64,000 nt of DNA, from NCBI GenBank assembly GCA_964291415.2, contig OZ219920.1:1440001-1504000 (forward strand), in the 5' to 3' direction. Source of the stretch: Alphaproteobacteria bacterium (GTDB taxonomy: Bacteria; Pseudomonadota; Alphaproteobacteria; SP197). Under the pieces are notes generated by a model, which saw nothing but the letters and a program-made list of their open reading frames with translations, was not told the origin of the DNA and searched no databases. The position numbers were made by a program, and so were the translations under genes. Positions 31,612 through 51,859 of the stretch are shown in pieces. Position 1 is the stretch's first letter; each line of letters starts with the position of its first letter.

Positions 31612-33687
31612 TCAGGCGATATGGGCCCGCAGGTCTTCCGAGACCATGTCGGGCACGGGTTCATAAGAATTGAAATGCATGGTGAAGGTCGCCCGTCCCT
31701 GGCTCATCGAGCGCAGGTCGTTGACATACCCGAACATGGTGCCGAGCGGCACCCGGGCCCGCACCACCTGGGCATTGCCCCTGGGCTCGAGACCCTGAAT
31801 CTGCCCGCGACGGCTGTTGAGGTCGCCCATGACATCCCCCATGTGCTCCTCGGGTGTCACGACCTCGACCCGCATCACCGGCTCAAGCAGCCTCGGCGCC
31901 GCCGCGAGGGCACCCTCGCGGAACGCTGCGCGCGCCGCCACCTCGAAGGCCATGGCGCTGGAATCGACGGCATGGAAGGCGCCGTCATGGAGTGTCGCCC
32001 TGAAGTCGGTCATCGGAAAGCCCGCCAGGACGCCCGAAACGGCCGCCCTCTCGATTCCGGCCCTGACCGAGGGGATGTACTCCTTGGGCACGTTGCCGCC
32101 GGCAATCTGGCTGACGAACTCGATTCCTGAACCGGATTCGCCCGGTTCGAAGAGAATGCAGACCCTGGCGTACTGGCCGGCGCCACCGGTCTGCTTGCGG
32201 TGCACGTAGTCGACGTCACGGGACCGTGTCAGGGTCTCGCGGTAGGCAACCTGGGGAGCGCCGATGTTGGCCTCGACGTTGAATTCGCGGCGCATCCTGT
32301 CAACGATGATTTCGAGGTGCAGTTCGCCCATGCCCCTGATGATCGTCTGCGCCGATTCCTCGTCCGTTGACACTCTGAACGACGGGTCCTCGTCGGCGAG
32401 CCGGGTCAGCGCCATCCCCATGCGATCATGGTCGGCACGGGTCTTCGGTTCGACCGCGACCTCGATGACGGGATCGGGAAACTCCATGCGCTCGAGGACC
32501 ACCGGTTCCCTGGGCGAACAGATGGTGTCACCCGTGGTGGTTCCCTTGAGACCGCACAGGGCAACGATGTCGCCGGCGCGGGCCTCATTGATATCCTCGC
32601 GGCTGTTGGCGTGCATGAGCAGCATGCGTCCGGCCCGTCCGCGGGCCCCCTTGGCGGCATTGAACAGCTGATCACCGGTCTTCAAGACACCCGAATAGAT
32701 GCGGGCGAAGGTGAGTGTGCCGACGTAGCGGTCCGCCATCACCTTGAAGGCAAGGGCGGCGAATGGCGCCTCGTCGCTGCTTTCCCGTGTCACCTCCTCT
32801 CCGGTCTTCGGCACCACGCCGCGAATTGGCGGTACGTCCAGGGGCGAAGGCAGATAGTGCACCACTGCGTCGAGCAGTGGCTGCACGCCCTTGTTCTTGA
32901 AGGCGCTGCCGAGCAGCATCGGGACTGAGGTCCTGTCGAGTGTTCCCGCACGAATACACCGCACCAGGGTCTCGGCATCGGGATCGGCGCCATCGAGATA
33001 GGCTTCCATGGCGTCGTTGTCGTGCTCGATCACCGCATCGACGAGCCTGGAGCGCCATTCGCTGGCGTCGGCGCGCAACTCTTCCGGAATCTCCGACTCC
33101 TCGAAGCGTGCGCCCTTGACGTCGTCGTGCCAGATCAGCGCCTTCATGCTCACGAGATCCACGATGCCGCGGAAGCCCGCTTCCGTGCCCACGGGCAATT
33201 GCAACACCGCCGGCGTGACGCCGAAACGTTCGACGATCATGTTGACGCAACGAAAGAAATCGGCGCCAACACGATCCATCTTGTTGATGAAACAGATGCG
33301 CGGCACACCGTACTTGTCGGCCTGGCGCCACACGGTTTCGGATTGCGGCTCGACGCCCGAGACGGCGTCGAAGACCGCCACGGCGCCATCAAGGACACGC
33401 AGACTGCGCTCGACCTCGATGGTGAAGTCGACGTGACCGGGAGTATCGATGATGTTGATCCGATGGTCGCACCAGTGAGCGGTGGTTGCGGCCGAGGTGA
33501 TCGTGATGCCACGCTCCTGTTCCTGCTCCATCCAGTCCATGGTGGCCGTGCCCTCATGGACTTCGCCAATCTTGTGGGATCGGCCGGTGTAGTAGAGGAT
33601 GCGCTCGGTCGTGGTCGTCTTGCCGGCATCGATGTGGGCCATGATGCCGATGTTGCGATAGCGCTCTATTGCGTGACGTCGTGTCAT
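31612..33687 (-). CDS. fusA: Elongation factor G
   Basis: [24 protein letters not shown]. Confidence 0.99.
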   Translation of the reverse strand: MTRRHAIERYRNIGIMAHIDAGKTTTTERILYYTGRSHKIGEVHEGTATMDWMEQEQERGITITSAATTAHWCDHRINIIDTPGHVDFTIEVERSLRVLDGAVAVFDAVSGVEPQSETVWRQADKYGVPRICFINKMDRVGADFFRCVNMIVERFGVTPAVLQLPVGTEAGFRGIVDLVSMKALIWHDDVKGARFEESEIPEELRADASEWRSRLVDAVIEHDNDAMEAYLDGADPDAETLVRCIRAGTLDRTSVPMLLGSAFKNKGVQPLLDAVVHYLPSPLDVPPIRGVVPKTGEEVTRESSDEAPFAALAFKVMADRYVGTLTFARIYSGVLKTGDQLFNAAKGARGRAGRMLLMHANSREDINEARAGDIVALCGLKGTTTGDTICSPREPVVLERMEFPDPVIEVAVEPKTRADHDRMGMALTRLADEDPSFRVSTDEESAQTIIRGMGELHLEIIVDRMRREFNVEANIGAPQVAYRETLTRSRDVDYVHRKQTGGAGQYARVCILFEPGESGSGIEFVSQIAGGNVPKEYIPSVRAGIERAAVSGVLAGFPMTDFRATLHDGAFHAVDSSAMAFEVAARAAFREGALAAAPRLLEPVMRVEVVTPEEHMGDVMGDLNSRRGQIQGLEPRGNAQVVRARVPLGTMFGYVNDLRSMSQGRATFTMHFNSYEPVPDMVSEDLRAHIA

Positions 33688-33740
33688 TCCTGCTCGTCCT
33701 TGGGGTCGCTTCGGAGGCCCCGGGTTACCAGCTTCGACCG

Positions 33741-34211
33741 CTACCAGCGGTAGTGCGAAAACGCCTTGTTCGCGTCCGCCATCCGATGGGTGTCTTCACG
33801 TTTCTTGACGGCTGCGCCGCGTTGTCTCGAGGCATCCAGGAACTCACCCGAAAGGCGCTGCACCATGGTGGTCTCCGAGCGGGCTCGCGCGGCGCCGATG
33901 AGCCAGCGGATGGCGAGGGCCTGCTGTCTGTCGGGACCGACCTCCACCGGCACCTGGTAGGTGGCGCCGCCGATGCGCCGGGAACGCACCTCGACAGCCG
34001 GCCTGACGGCGTTCAACGCCAGATGAAAGACGCCGATGGGATCCTGGCCGGTGGTGTCGCGAATTCTGTCAAGGGCACCATAGACGATGCCCTCGGCGAC
34101 CGCTTTCTTGCCGTCTCGCATGACGCTGTTGATGAACTTGGTGAGCACGATGTCACCATGGAGTGCGTCGGGAAGGACATCCCGCCTTTCGGCGGCGCGG
34201 CGGCGTGACAT
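33741..34211 (-). CDS. rpsG: 30S ribosomal protein S7
   Basis: [21 protein letters not shown]. Confidence 0.98.
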   Translation of the reverse strand: MSRRRAAERRDVLPDALHGDIVLTKFINSVMRDGKKAVAEGIVYGALDRIRDTTGQDPIGVFHLALNAVRPAVEVRSRRIGGATYQVPVEVGPDRQQALAIRWLIGAARARSETTMVQRLSGEFLDASRQRGAAVKKREDTHRMADANKAFSHYRW

Positions 34212-34225
34212 GGCGGGGTCCTTTC

Positions 34226-34597
34226 CTACCTGGGACGCTTGGCGCCGTACTTTGAACGGCTCTGGCGGCGCTGGGCGATGCCCTGGGTATCGAGGGTGCC
34301 GCGAATGATATGGTAGCGCACCCCGGGAAGGTCCTTGACGCGGCCGCCCCTGATCATGACCACCGAGTGCTCCTGCAGGTTGTGACCCTCGCCCGGAATG
34401 TAACTCGTCACCTCGAAACCATTTGTCAGACGAACCCGCGCCACCTTGCGCAGGGCCGAATTCGGCTTCTTGGGCGTCGTCGTGTAGACGCGGGTGCACA
34501 CGCCGCGCTTCTGCGGACAGGCCTCGAGGGCCGGCACCTTGTTACGCGCCCGCCGCGGCTTGCGCGGCTTGCGGATCAGCTGGTTCACGGTCGGCAT
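34226..34597 (-). CDS. rpsL: 30S ribosomal protein S12
   Basis: [17 protein letters not shown]. Confidence 0.99.
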   Translation of the reverse strand: MPTVNQLIRKPRKPRRARNKVPALEACPQKRGVCTRVYTTTPKKPNSALRKVARVRLTNGFEVTSYIPGEGHNLQEHSVVMIRGGRVKDLPGVRYHIIRGTLDTQGIAQRRQSRSKYGAKRPR

Positions 34598-34728
34598 GCG
34601 CCTGGTTCCCGTATCCGTCGCACAAACAAAACACTTCCCGTTCTCCCGCGTGGCCCGCGCCCCGGGATTGTGAGAGTGTGTTCAAGGGCTTCCCCTTCCC
34701 CTCCCCGCAGGGTGGCAAGGGGAAGCGG

Positions 34729-34757
34729 ACTATAAGGCCGGCCCGTCACCCGGTCAA
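34729..34757 (-). promoter_or_regulatory. Sigma70 promoter of the str operon
   Basis: TTGACC-N17-TATAGT, followed by a leader hairpin at 34688-34726. Confidence 0.75.
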
Positions 34758-34786
34758 GTCCCCCGAAACAGCGAAATATCGGGTTT

Positions 34787-38986
<4,200 letters not shown>

Positions 38987-39010
38987 GCCCTGTCTCCTGT
39001 TGACTGGCGG

Positions 39011-43846
<4,836 letters not shown>

Positions 43847-43897
43847 GATGTCAGCCCCTGCAATCGATCAGTCCGGGAAAGTGCGTTGATCCTCGCC

Positions 43898-43969
43898 CCT
43901 CGCCGGCAAAACCATGGGCCCTGCCGGCGAGGAAACAGGATTGCCACAAGGAGGTGGCCCCCTTGTGGC
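43898..43969 (-). promoter_or_regulatory. Two hairpins in the rplL-rpoB spacer (attenuator/processing-site-like)
   Basis: CCTCGCCGGCA/TGCCGGCGAGG and GCCACAAGG/CCTTGTGGC stems; no strong U-tract on the minus strand. Confidence 0.45.
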
Positions 43970-43985
43970 GGAAACGAATGTCGAC

Positions 43986-44366
43986 CTACTTGACCTCGAC
44001 GGTCGCGCCAGCGTCCTCGAGACGTTTCTGCAAGGCATCGGCCTCGTCCCTGGAGACACCTTCCTTCACCGCCTTTGGCACATCCTCGACAAGAGCCTTG
44101 GCTTCCTTGAGGCCGAGATCGGTGATCGCGCGGACCTCCTTGATGACAGGAATCTTGCTGGTGCCGAAGCCGGTGAGGACGACATCGAATTCCGTCTTTT
44201 CTTCGACCTCGGCCTGCTCGTCTCCCGCGCCTCCGGGTGCGGCCGCGACAGCGACGGGTTGGGCGGCGCTCACGCCCCATTTTTCCTCGAGCAGCTTCGA
44301 GAGCTCCGCCGCCTCGATGACGGTGAGCGATGACAGGTCCTCGACGAGTTGTTCAATCTTGCTCAT
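43986..44366 (-). CDS. rplL: 50S ribosomal protein L7/L12
   Basis: EKTEFDV, LGLKEAK. Confidence 0.98.
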   Translation of the reverse strand: MSKIEQLVEDLSSLTVIEAAELSKLLEEKWGVSAAQPVAVAAAPGGAGDEQAEVEEKTEFDVVLTGFGTSKIPVIKEVRAITDLGLKEAKALVEDVPKAVKEGVSRDEADALQKRLEDAGATVEVK

Positions 44367-44414
44367 GGTCTTCCATAACTCCAGTTGGGGTGTTTCGGTT
44401 GTGGCCGAACCGGA

Positions 44415-44924
44415 TCATTCCGCCGCTTGCCGGGAATCGAGCAGCCGGGCAATGCGACTCCCCGGTTCCTGCAGGACTCCTGCAACCCTCGTTGCCGGCG
44501 TGTTGATCAGCATGATCAGCTTGGCACGCAGTTCATCGAGCGACGGCAGCTGGGCAATCGTCCGGACCCCGTCCGCGTCGAGCGGCCGACCGGCCATGGT
44601 TCCTCCGACAATGACCAGCTTGCTGTTCTTCTTCGCATAGTCGACGGTGACCCTGGCGCCGGCCACGGGGTCCGTTGCCGTGGCAATGGCGGAGGGCCCA
44701 TGGAACATCTCGGCAATCGCCTCCATCCCGGCATGCTGCAGGGCACGCAGAACCAGCCGGTTCTTGACCACCCGGAAGCTGGCGCCGGCATCGCGCACCG
44801 AACGCCGAAGCTCGGTCGCCTCGGCAACTGTGAGACCCTCGTGACGCGCGACGACGACGATCCCGGCTCCGCCGAGAACGCTCTCGAGTTCACTGACGAT
44901 CTCTTCCTTCCTTGAACGTTCCAA
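44415..44924 (-). CDS. rplJ: 50S ribosomal protein L10
   Basis: GLTV, VVKNRL, LPSLDELRAKL; TTG start. Confidence 0.96.
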   Translation of the reverse strand: MERSRKEEIVSELESVLGGAGIVVVARHEGLTVAEATELRRSVRDAGASFRVVKNRLVLRALQHAGMEAIAEMFHGPSAIATATDPVAGARVTVDYAKKNSKLVIVGGTMAGRPLDADGVRTIAQLPSLDELRAKLIMLINTPATRVAGVLQEPGSRIARLLDSRQAAE

Positions 44925-45024
44925 AGGACTCCTCCATCAGATCGAAACGCCGGGCCGAAGCCCGTCGATCCGGTTCACTGGTTGTCCACCTCCCCCGATT
45001 TCAGGGACGAGGGGGACGTTGGTG

Positions 45025-45140
45025 TCCTGCCCCGGAATCCCCTCCTGGTCCCGGAATGCCGGAACCGGCTGGTCTCCCGTCTCATGCCGGCGGCTTTGCC
45101 ATTGAACCCGCCATCGGGTACCGGCAGTCTCGGACAGGGT
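45025..45140 (-). ncRNA. L10 (rplJ) leader autoregulatory RNA
   Basis: CCTGTCCGAGACTGCCGG...CCGGCATGAGACGGG...GGGCAGG in the rplA-rplJ spacer, matching the proteobacterial L10 leader layout. Confidence 0.7.
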
Positions 45141-45198
45141 TGCGGCACGCCGGAGCATGCCGCCGGACGGCCGGAGCCGTCCCTAGGTCCCGGGGCCG

Positions 45199-45897
45199 TC
45201 AGGCGGCCACGAGGCTTTGCGTGGCAACGTGGACACCCGGCCCCATGGTGGTGCTGAGTGTCGCCCGTTTCATGTAGGTTCCCTTGACAGCCTGGGGCCG
45301 TGCCTTCGCCACGGCATCCACCAGCGCCCGGGTGTTCTCGGCAATCTTCTCGACCGGAAAGGACACCTTGCCGACACCCGCGTGGATGATGCCCGCCCGT
45401 TCCACGCGGTACTCGACCTGGCCAGCCTTCGCGGCGGTCACGGCGCCGGCGACATCCATGGTGACGGTGCCAAGCTTCGGGTTGGGCATGAGACCGCGCG
45501 GCCCGAGTATCTTTCCCAGCCGGCCGACGACAGGCATCATGTCGGGTGTGGCGACGCAGCGGTCGAATCCGAGATCGCCTTCCTGGATACTCTGGGCGAG
45601 ATCCTCCGCACCGACTCTGTCGGCGCCGGCTTCGCGGGCCTCGTCAGCCTTGGCGTCGCGAGCAAACACGGCGACCCTGACCACGCGTCCGGTGCCGTGC
45701 GGCAGGCTGACCACGCCGCGCACCATCTGGTCGGCATGGCGAGGATCGACATTGAGATTGAGCGCCAGTTCGACAGTCTCGTCAAACTTGGCGAAGGCCG
45801 TGTCCTTGAGCGCCTGTATCGCCTCTTCGAGAGCATAGTCCCGCTCGCGATCGACGGTCTGATAGGCCGCGTCGAGTTTCTTGCCGTGTCCTGCCAT
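45199..45897 (-). CDS. rplA: 50S ribosomal protein L1
   Basis: [26 protein letters not shown]. Confidence 0.98.
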   Translation of the reverse strand: MAGHGKKLDAAYQTVDRERDYALEEAIQALKDTAFAKFDETVELALNLNVDPRHADQMVRGVVSLPHGTGRVVRVAVFARDAKADEAREAGADRVGAEDLAQSIQEGDLGFDRCVATPDMMPVVGRLGKILGPRGLMPNPKLGTVTMDVAGAVTAAKAGQVEYRVERAGIIHAGVGKVSFPVEKIAENTRALVDAVAKARPQAVKGTYMKRATLSTTMGPGVHVATQSLVAA

Positions 45898-45901
45898 CGT
45901 C

Positions 45902-46330
45902 CTACTCCACCACCTCGACACCCATGGATCGCGCCGTTCCGGCGATGATCCTGGATGCCGCGTCGATACCGTTGGCGTTGAGGTCCACCATCTTCGCCTC
46001 GGCAATCTCGCGCACCTGCTCCATGGTCACCGATCCGGCAACGGCACGGCCAGGCAAGGCCTCACCCTTTTCGAGACCGGCCGCCCTCCTGATGTACCAT
46101 GCCGCGGGCGGAGTCCTTGTGATGAAGGTGAACGAACGGTCCGCATAGGCCGTGATGACCGTCGGCACCGGAGTACCCTGCTCGACGTTCTGCGTCGCCG
46201 CATTGAAGGCCTTGCAGAACTCCATGATGTTGAGGCCGCGCTGACCGAGCGCCGGACCGATGGGAGGCGACGGATTCGCCGCTCCTGCCGGAACCGTGAG
46301 CTTGATCATGCCTGCGATCTTCTTGGCCAT
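45902..46330 (-). CDS. rplK: 50S ribosomal protein L11
   Basis: [20 protein letters not shown]. Confidence 0.98.
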   Translation of the reverse strand: MAKKIAGMIKLTVPAGAANPSPPIGPALGQRGLNIMEFCKAFNAATQNVEQGTPVPTVITAYADRSFTFITRTPPAAWYIRRAAGLEKGEALPGRAVAGSVTMEQVREIAEAKMVDLNANGIDAASRIIAGTARSMGVEVVE

Positions 46331-46362
46331 TGTCTTGCGATTTCCATCCTCTGGTGGAGGTC

Positions 46363-46893
46363 TCAGGTCTTCTCGACCTGGGTGTATTCAAGTTCGACGG
46401 GCGTGGGGCGGCCGAAGATCAGCACCGCGACCTTCAGGCGCGCCCGGTTCTCGTCGATTTCCTGGACCGTGCCGTTGAAGGACGTGAACGGCCCGTCGGC
46501 CACGCGCACACTCTCGCCAATCTCGAAGGTGATGGATGGCCGCGGCCGCTCGACCCCTTCCTGCACCTGGCTGATGATGCGCGCCGCCTCGGAATCGGGA
46601 ATTGGCCTGGGACGGTTGCCGGCCCCGAGGAAACCGCTGACCTTCGGCGTGTCCTTGACCAGGTGCCAGGTGGCATCCGTGAGCTCCATGTGCACCAGCA
46701 CGTAGCCGGGAAAGAACTTCCGGTCGGTCGAGATCTGCTTGCCACCACGCATCTCCATGACCTTCTCCGAGGGAACCAGGACCTGGCAGATCTGTTCCGT
46801 CATGCCACTCGCCTCGGCGCGTTCCCTGATCGCGTTCTCGACCTTCTTCTCGAAGCCGGAGTAGCAATGGACGATGTACCAGCGATGCGTCAC
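46363..46893 (-). CDS. nusG: Transcription factor NusG
   Basis: [32 protein letters not shown]; GTG start overlapping the secE stop. Confidence 0.97.
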   Translation of the reverse strand: MTHRWYIVHCYSGFEKKVENAIRERAEASGMTEQICQVLVPSEKVMEMRGGKQISTDRKFFPGYVLVHMELTDATWHLVKDTPKVSGFLGAGNRPRPIPDSEAARIISQVQEGVERPRPSITFEIGESVRVADGPFTSFNGTVQEIDENRARLKVAVLIFGRPTPVELEYTQVEKT

Positions 46894-47099
46894 AGCCCCT
46901 GCCTCCCCAGCCCGAGGATGATCTGGATTGCCTCGGCGAAGACGAGATCGATCAGGAAGAAGAAGATGGCCACGAGCACGATCATCGCGAACACGGTGAG
47001 CGTCGTGATTCCCGCTTCCCTGGTCGTCGGCCAGGTCACCTTTCTGATGGCCTCGGCCCGGACCTGTCTGACAAATTCGGCCGGTGACACTTTCGCCAT
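46890..47099 (-). CDS. secE: Preprotein translocase SecE
   Basis: KVTWPT followed by a single TM helix; position before nusG. Confidence 0.95.
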   Translation of the reverse strand: MAKVSPAEFVRQVRAEAIRKVTWPTTREAGITTLTVFAMIVLVAIFFFLIDLVFAEAIQIILGLGRQGL

Positions 47100-47145
47100 G
47101 AGCTGATCCGCTGTTTCCCTGCTCCTCAATCAAGGGGTCCGCCGG

Positions 47146-47221
47146 TGGCAGGAGTGGCAGGACTCGAACCCGCAACCCCCGGTTTTGGAGACCGGTGCTC
47201 TACCAGTTGAGCTACACTCCT
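47146..47221 (-). tRNA. tRNA-Trp(CCA)
   Basis: AGGAGTGTAGCTCAACTGGTAGAGCACCGGTCT-CCA-AAACCGG...GTTCGAGTCC...GCCA. Confidence 0.97.
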
Positions 47222-47235
47222 TGAAGATCGTTCCT

Positions 47236-48426
<1,191 letters not shown>

Positions 48427-48509
48427 CCTTCTCGACCTCTCCTGGTCAATGACCCTCCCTCGAAGAGGGGGGTGTTCCTGGTTATCACATCTTGGTCCCG
48501 GGTCCGGGG

Positions 48510-48580
48510 AGCGGGTGGCGGGAATCGAACCCGCGTAACCAGCTTGGAAGGCTGGGGCTCTGCCACTGAGCTACACCCGC
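48510..48580 (-). tRNA. tRNA-Gly(TCC)
   Basis: GCGGGTGTAGCTCAGTGGCAGAGCCCCAGCCT-TCC-AAGCTGG...GTTCGATTCCCGCCACCCGCT; CCA not encoded. Confidence 0.95.
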
Positions 48581-48617
48581 CTCATCGGGGCTCACAACCG
48601 CCCCCCTGGACCATGGA

Positions 48618-48702
48618 TGGTGGAGGGAGGTGGATTCGAACCACCGTAGGCATAGCCAACGGGTTTACAGCCCGTCCCTTTTAACCGCTCAGGCATCCCT
48701 CC
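48618..48702 (-). tRNA. tRNA-Tyr(GTA)
   Basis: GGAGGGATGCCTGAGCGGTTAAAAGGGACGGGCT-GTA-AACCCGT...GTTCGAATCC...ACCA. Confidence 0.97.
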
Positions 48703-48842
48703 GGGCAACATGTACTGCTGATGAATGGTTTCGCGACACGTTCAATCCGACAGCAGCCGCGCAACAAGGGCAGTGCCTCCTGCACCGTTGACGACCACGC
48801 CGGATTTCCAATTGGTGGAGCGCTCATATATAGCACAACGCC

Positions 48843-49586
48843 ATGGTCCGCAAGCGCTTGGCACAACAAAAGTTCGCGCGGCCGCTGTGGATCCATGGAC
48901 ACCATCCGGTGGCAGCGGCACTCGCCAATCCGCGGCGGCGCGTGGTGCGCCTCGCAGCCACGCGCGAGATGCTCGAGCGGCTGGCGCCGCTCGTCGCCGG
49001 GCGCCCCGACACGATCACCTGCGAGGCGATGACGACATCGTCGATTGCGGCCCTGCTTGACGGCGACACCCGCCACCAGGGGGCGGCGCTGCTCGTGCAT
49101 CCGCTGCCCGACCTCGCCATCCGCGACATTCCCGGATCGGCCGACATCGTCGTGGTCCTCGACCGCATCAGCGATCCCCGCAACGCCGGCGCCATCATGC
49201 GATCGGCCGCGGCCTTTGGCGCGGCGGCGGTCGTTATGCAGGAGCGGCATGCGCCTCCGCCCACGGCGGCGTTCGCCCGTGCCGCCTCCGGCGCCCTCGA
49301 GTGGGTGCCCCTGGTGCGCGTCTCCAACATCGCCCGCGCCCTCGATGACCTCAAGCAACGCGGTTTCTGGATCACCGGCCTCGAGGCCGAAGCATCCCTC
49401 ACCCTGGGCCAGGCGCCGGTGCCGCTTCCCGCCGCCCTGGTCCTCGGCGCCGAGGGGAGCGGGCTGCGCCGACTCGTTGCCAAGACCTGCGATCAGCTGG
49501 TGAGCATCGCCACTCCGGGCCGTGATCTCAGTCTCAACGTGGCAAGTGCCGCCGCCATCGCCCTCCACCAGATCCGAACCCATTGA
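48843..49586 (+). CDS. rlmB: 23S rRNA 2'-O-methyltransferase (RlmB/TrmH family)
   Basis: HQG, DPRNAGAIMRSA, LGAEGSGLR, SLNVA; divergent from tRNA-Tyr. Confidence 0.9.
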   Translation: MVRKRLAQQKFARPLWIHGHHPVAAALANPRRRVVRLAATREMLERLAPLVAGRPDTITCEAMTTSSIAALLDGDTRHQGAALLVHPLPDLAIRDIPGSADIVVVLDRISDPRNAGAIMRSAAAFGAAAVVMQERHAPPPTAAFARAASGALEWVPLVRVSNIARALDDLKQRGFWITGLEAEASLTLGQAPVPLPAALVLGAEGSGLRRLVAKTCDQLVSIATPGRDLSLNVASAAAIALHQIRTH

Positions 49587-49899
49587 CGAAAGCCCTGTGT
49601 GGACTGTCCTCCCCGGGCCATCATGCAGGGGTGCACAATACCACCCTTCACGCATCACATGCGGACGCCAACACACACCTGCCCACATCAGTGATGCCCG
49701 TCCCGTGTGCGCCCGCTGCCAGTTGAAGACTCGCAGGTTCAAGGTCCGGTCCTGTTGCTCAGTCTCTCCGGATTCCTGCTGCCGCGTCCGCTCAGCTACC
49801 GTTCTCGGCAATCACGGGCGTCCGCAGTCGAAGTCGGGGAACTGTCCGCCAGCGCCACGGGCGCAGGAAACATCGGGACCTCCACTTTCCCTTGAGCCG

Positions 49900-50060
49900 C
49901 CGACTGCCAGAGAGTCACCGTCTCTTCGATCTTTGCCTGGCGGAGTTCCCAGGTCGTCTGCAAGTTCATCCGGAACTGCGGCGGCGTCCCGAAACATCGC
50001 GTGAGCCGCAGCGCGGTGTCGGCACTCACGCCTCTGGCCCGTGTTCCCGTTCACCCACCA
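49900..50060 (-). pseudogene. HigA-family antitoxin remnant (C-terminal half only)
   Basis: RGVSADTALRLTRCFGTPPQFRMNLQTTWEL matches the HigA C-terminal pattern; no N-terminal HPGE/HTH and no higB. Confidence 0.65.
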
Positions 50061-51627
50061 CAATCGCACGGCAGGGTGACCGGCAGCATTGTCGCCACCC
50101 GGTCCACCCGCGTGCCATCACGTGCGTCGGCAATCCGGTTCGCCATGCTCGGCTGCTCAAACGAGTGACGCCATGTCCCCGCGGCCGATGATGGCCTGCT
50201 GAATAGCCTGCCTTCAGCCGTCTCAGGGCCGGACCCAACTTGCCAACCCCGTCCTGGTCGAATGCGGGGACACGTGCGTCGAGCGCCTCGTGCAACGCCG
50301 CGAGTCGCGGCGGCGGACGCCGTCGCGAGAGACGGAAGGCCTGTATGACGGCGATGCTGAGCGTTGCCAGCGAGGCGTCCACGGCATCGGCGACGTCGAG
50401 GTATCGCTCGTAGGCCAGGAATACCGGAGCCGCGATGTCCGATTGCCCTCCACCGGGATCCTCCAAACCGATGGACAGCACTGCCGGCACTGCAGCCTGA
50501 CGCGCCCTCTCCGCGTGACTCGTCTGCGACCAGGCGATGAACTCCGTGTTGATCACCCCGGAGTCGGCGGGCACCAGCAATTTCGGCAGACCGAATGCCG
50601 CGCCATCGAGCAGCCGCCAGGTCTGCTTCGCCGCGAGGGCGCAGATGTCGGCCCCTGCGACGTTCAGCATGTCGATGGCGCGACTGGCCTGATGGTTGTG
50701 AAAGCCACCGGTCGAAATCGCCCGGCCGTTCGGATGTCCGGTTTCGGGCGGCAGGTAGACCGGGTTGTGCGCGATTGACTGGAGCGAGTGCTCGGCCGTT
50801 TCCTGCGCGCCGCGTACTGTCCCCGCCACCGTAGCCAGGACGGTGGGCACGATTCGCCAGCTGACCGGCGCCTGGTGCGGAAGCCTCCCCGATTCCGGGA
50901 CACCGGTCAGGTACTCGTTCAACCGTTGCAGCACGCCACGGTGATCCGGGTCGGCGGCAAGGTCCTGCAGGGCGGGGTCGAAGAGATCGAGCGGCGCGGC
51001 CACCGCCTCGACGGTGAGGGCAAGGATGCGCTCCACCAGGCGAAGGCGCCTTTGCGCCGTCAGGACGGCGTCGGTGACGAATGCGGTAGCGCAGGGTGAT
51101 CCGTTGAAGAGAGACATCAGCTCGCCGGCGGCAAGCTCGACATCGTCAAGTTTCGGATAGAGCCAGCTCAACGGCATGACCTCACCGGGTCCGGTGGCGC
51201 TGTCGAGCGGCATGGCCGGCACAGGTCGGGAAAGAAGCCCCGCGACCCACTCGGCGGTTGCGACACGGACTCTCCCGTGGCCTTCGAGGTAGCTCGCCAC
51301 GCGGGCGAGCAGCACCAGACGGGCTGCGTGTTCGGGGACCCACCGATTGCCGACTCCGAACTTCCATGGAGCCCACAGGTGCTGCGAGCGCGCCAGAGCC
51401 TCGCGATCCTCTTCGGAGAGCGGCGTCTTGGCGCGGGCGCCCGGCGCCGTCGTGGCCCCATACACGAATCCGGCGCGATCGCTCGCCAGGAGCCGTTCGA
51501 AGGCTTCCCTGCACTCTCCGATGCGCGTCCTGGCGCGATCCGACAAGGCGATGCCGGCGTTCTCGAATCCAACCTGCCATGCGGCGTCGAGTGTCACGTC
51601 GGAAAGGGCGGACAAGGTCACGATCAA
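50026..51627 (-). CDS. Aromatic amino acid ammonia-lyase (HAL/PAL fold) lacking the MIO triad; probable +1 frameshift near the C-terminus
   Basis: VYGATT, RLVLLAR, LFNG, QAPVSWR, HNP, ISTGGFH; AGGAGG before TTG 51627; alternative-frame stop at 50157. Confidence 0.8.
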   Translation of the reverse strand: MIVTLSALSDVTLDAAWQVGFENAGIALSDRARTRIGECREAFERLLASDRAGFVYGATTAPGARAKTPLSEEDREALARSQHLWAPWKFGVGNRWVPEHAARLVLLARVASYLEGHGRVRVATAEWVAGLLSRPVPAMPLDSATGPGEVMPLSWLYPKLDDVELAAGELMSLFNGSPCATAFVTDAVLTAQRRLRLVERILALTVEAVAAPLDLFDPALQDLAADPDHRGVLQRLNEYLTGVPESGRLPHQAPVSWRIVPTVLATVAGTVRGAQETAEHSLQSIAHNPVYLPPETGHPNGRAISTGGFHNHQASRAIDMLNVAGADICALAAKQTWRLLDGAAFGLPKLLVPADSGVINTEFIAWSQTSHAERARQAAVPAVLSIGLEDPGGGQSDIAAPVFLAYERYLDVADAVDASLATLSIAVIQAFRLSRRRPPPRLAALHEALDARVPAFDQDGVGKLGPALRRLKAGYSAGHHRPRGHGVTRLSSRAWRTGLPTHVMARGWTGWRQCCRSPCRAIVVGEREHGPEA

Positions 51628-51859
51628 CGCAGACGACCTCCTCGGCGCCGGCGGGATGGTGACCGAACGCGGCATGGCAATCGGCCCTGGCGGCCCCCGC
51701 CGCATCCCTGGCCGACCCGAATCAGACATGAGACCGGCGAGACCGCAGCGTTGCCCCAACGCCGGAATGACGGGACCGGAACTCCCCATGAGGAACCCCG
51801 GTCCCGAAGGTGTCTGTTCAGCCGCCCCGTCTGACGGCCTGAACTGCCTGGCTTGCGCC

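Noticed and set aside
48507-48580. tRNA-Gly and tRNA-Thr lack an encoded CCA; tRNA-Thr has one T-stem mismatch
   Set aside because: CCA can be added enzymatically and the cloverleafs are otherwise intact; not evidence of pseudogenes or att scars.
49587-49800. Spacer after rlmB examined for an sRNA or riboswitch
   Set aside because: No recognisable conserved RNA motif or convincing ORF by eye; an Rfam search would be needed.
51770-51810. Hairpin CGGGACCGG...CCGGTCCCG between the SBP and lyase genes
   Set aside because: A single GC-rich stem with no second copy found in the window; most likely an mRNA-stabilising or terminator-like hairpin.
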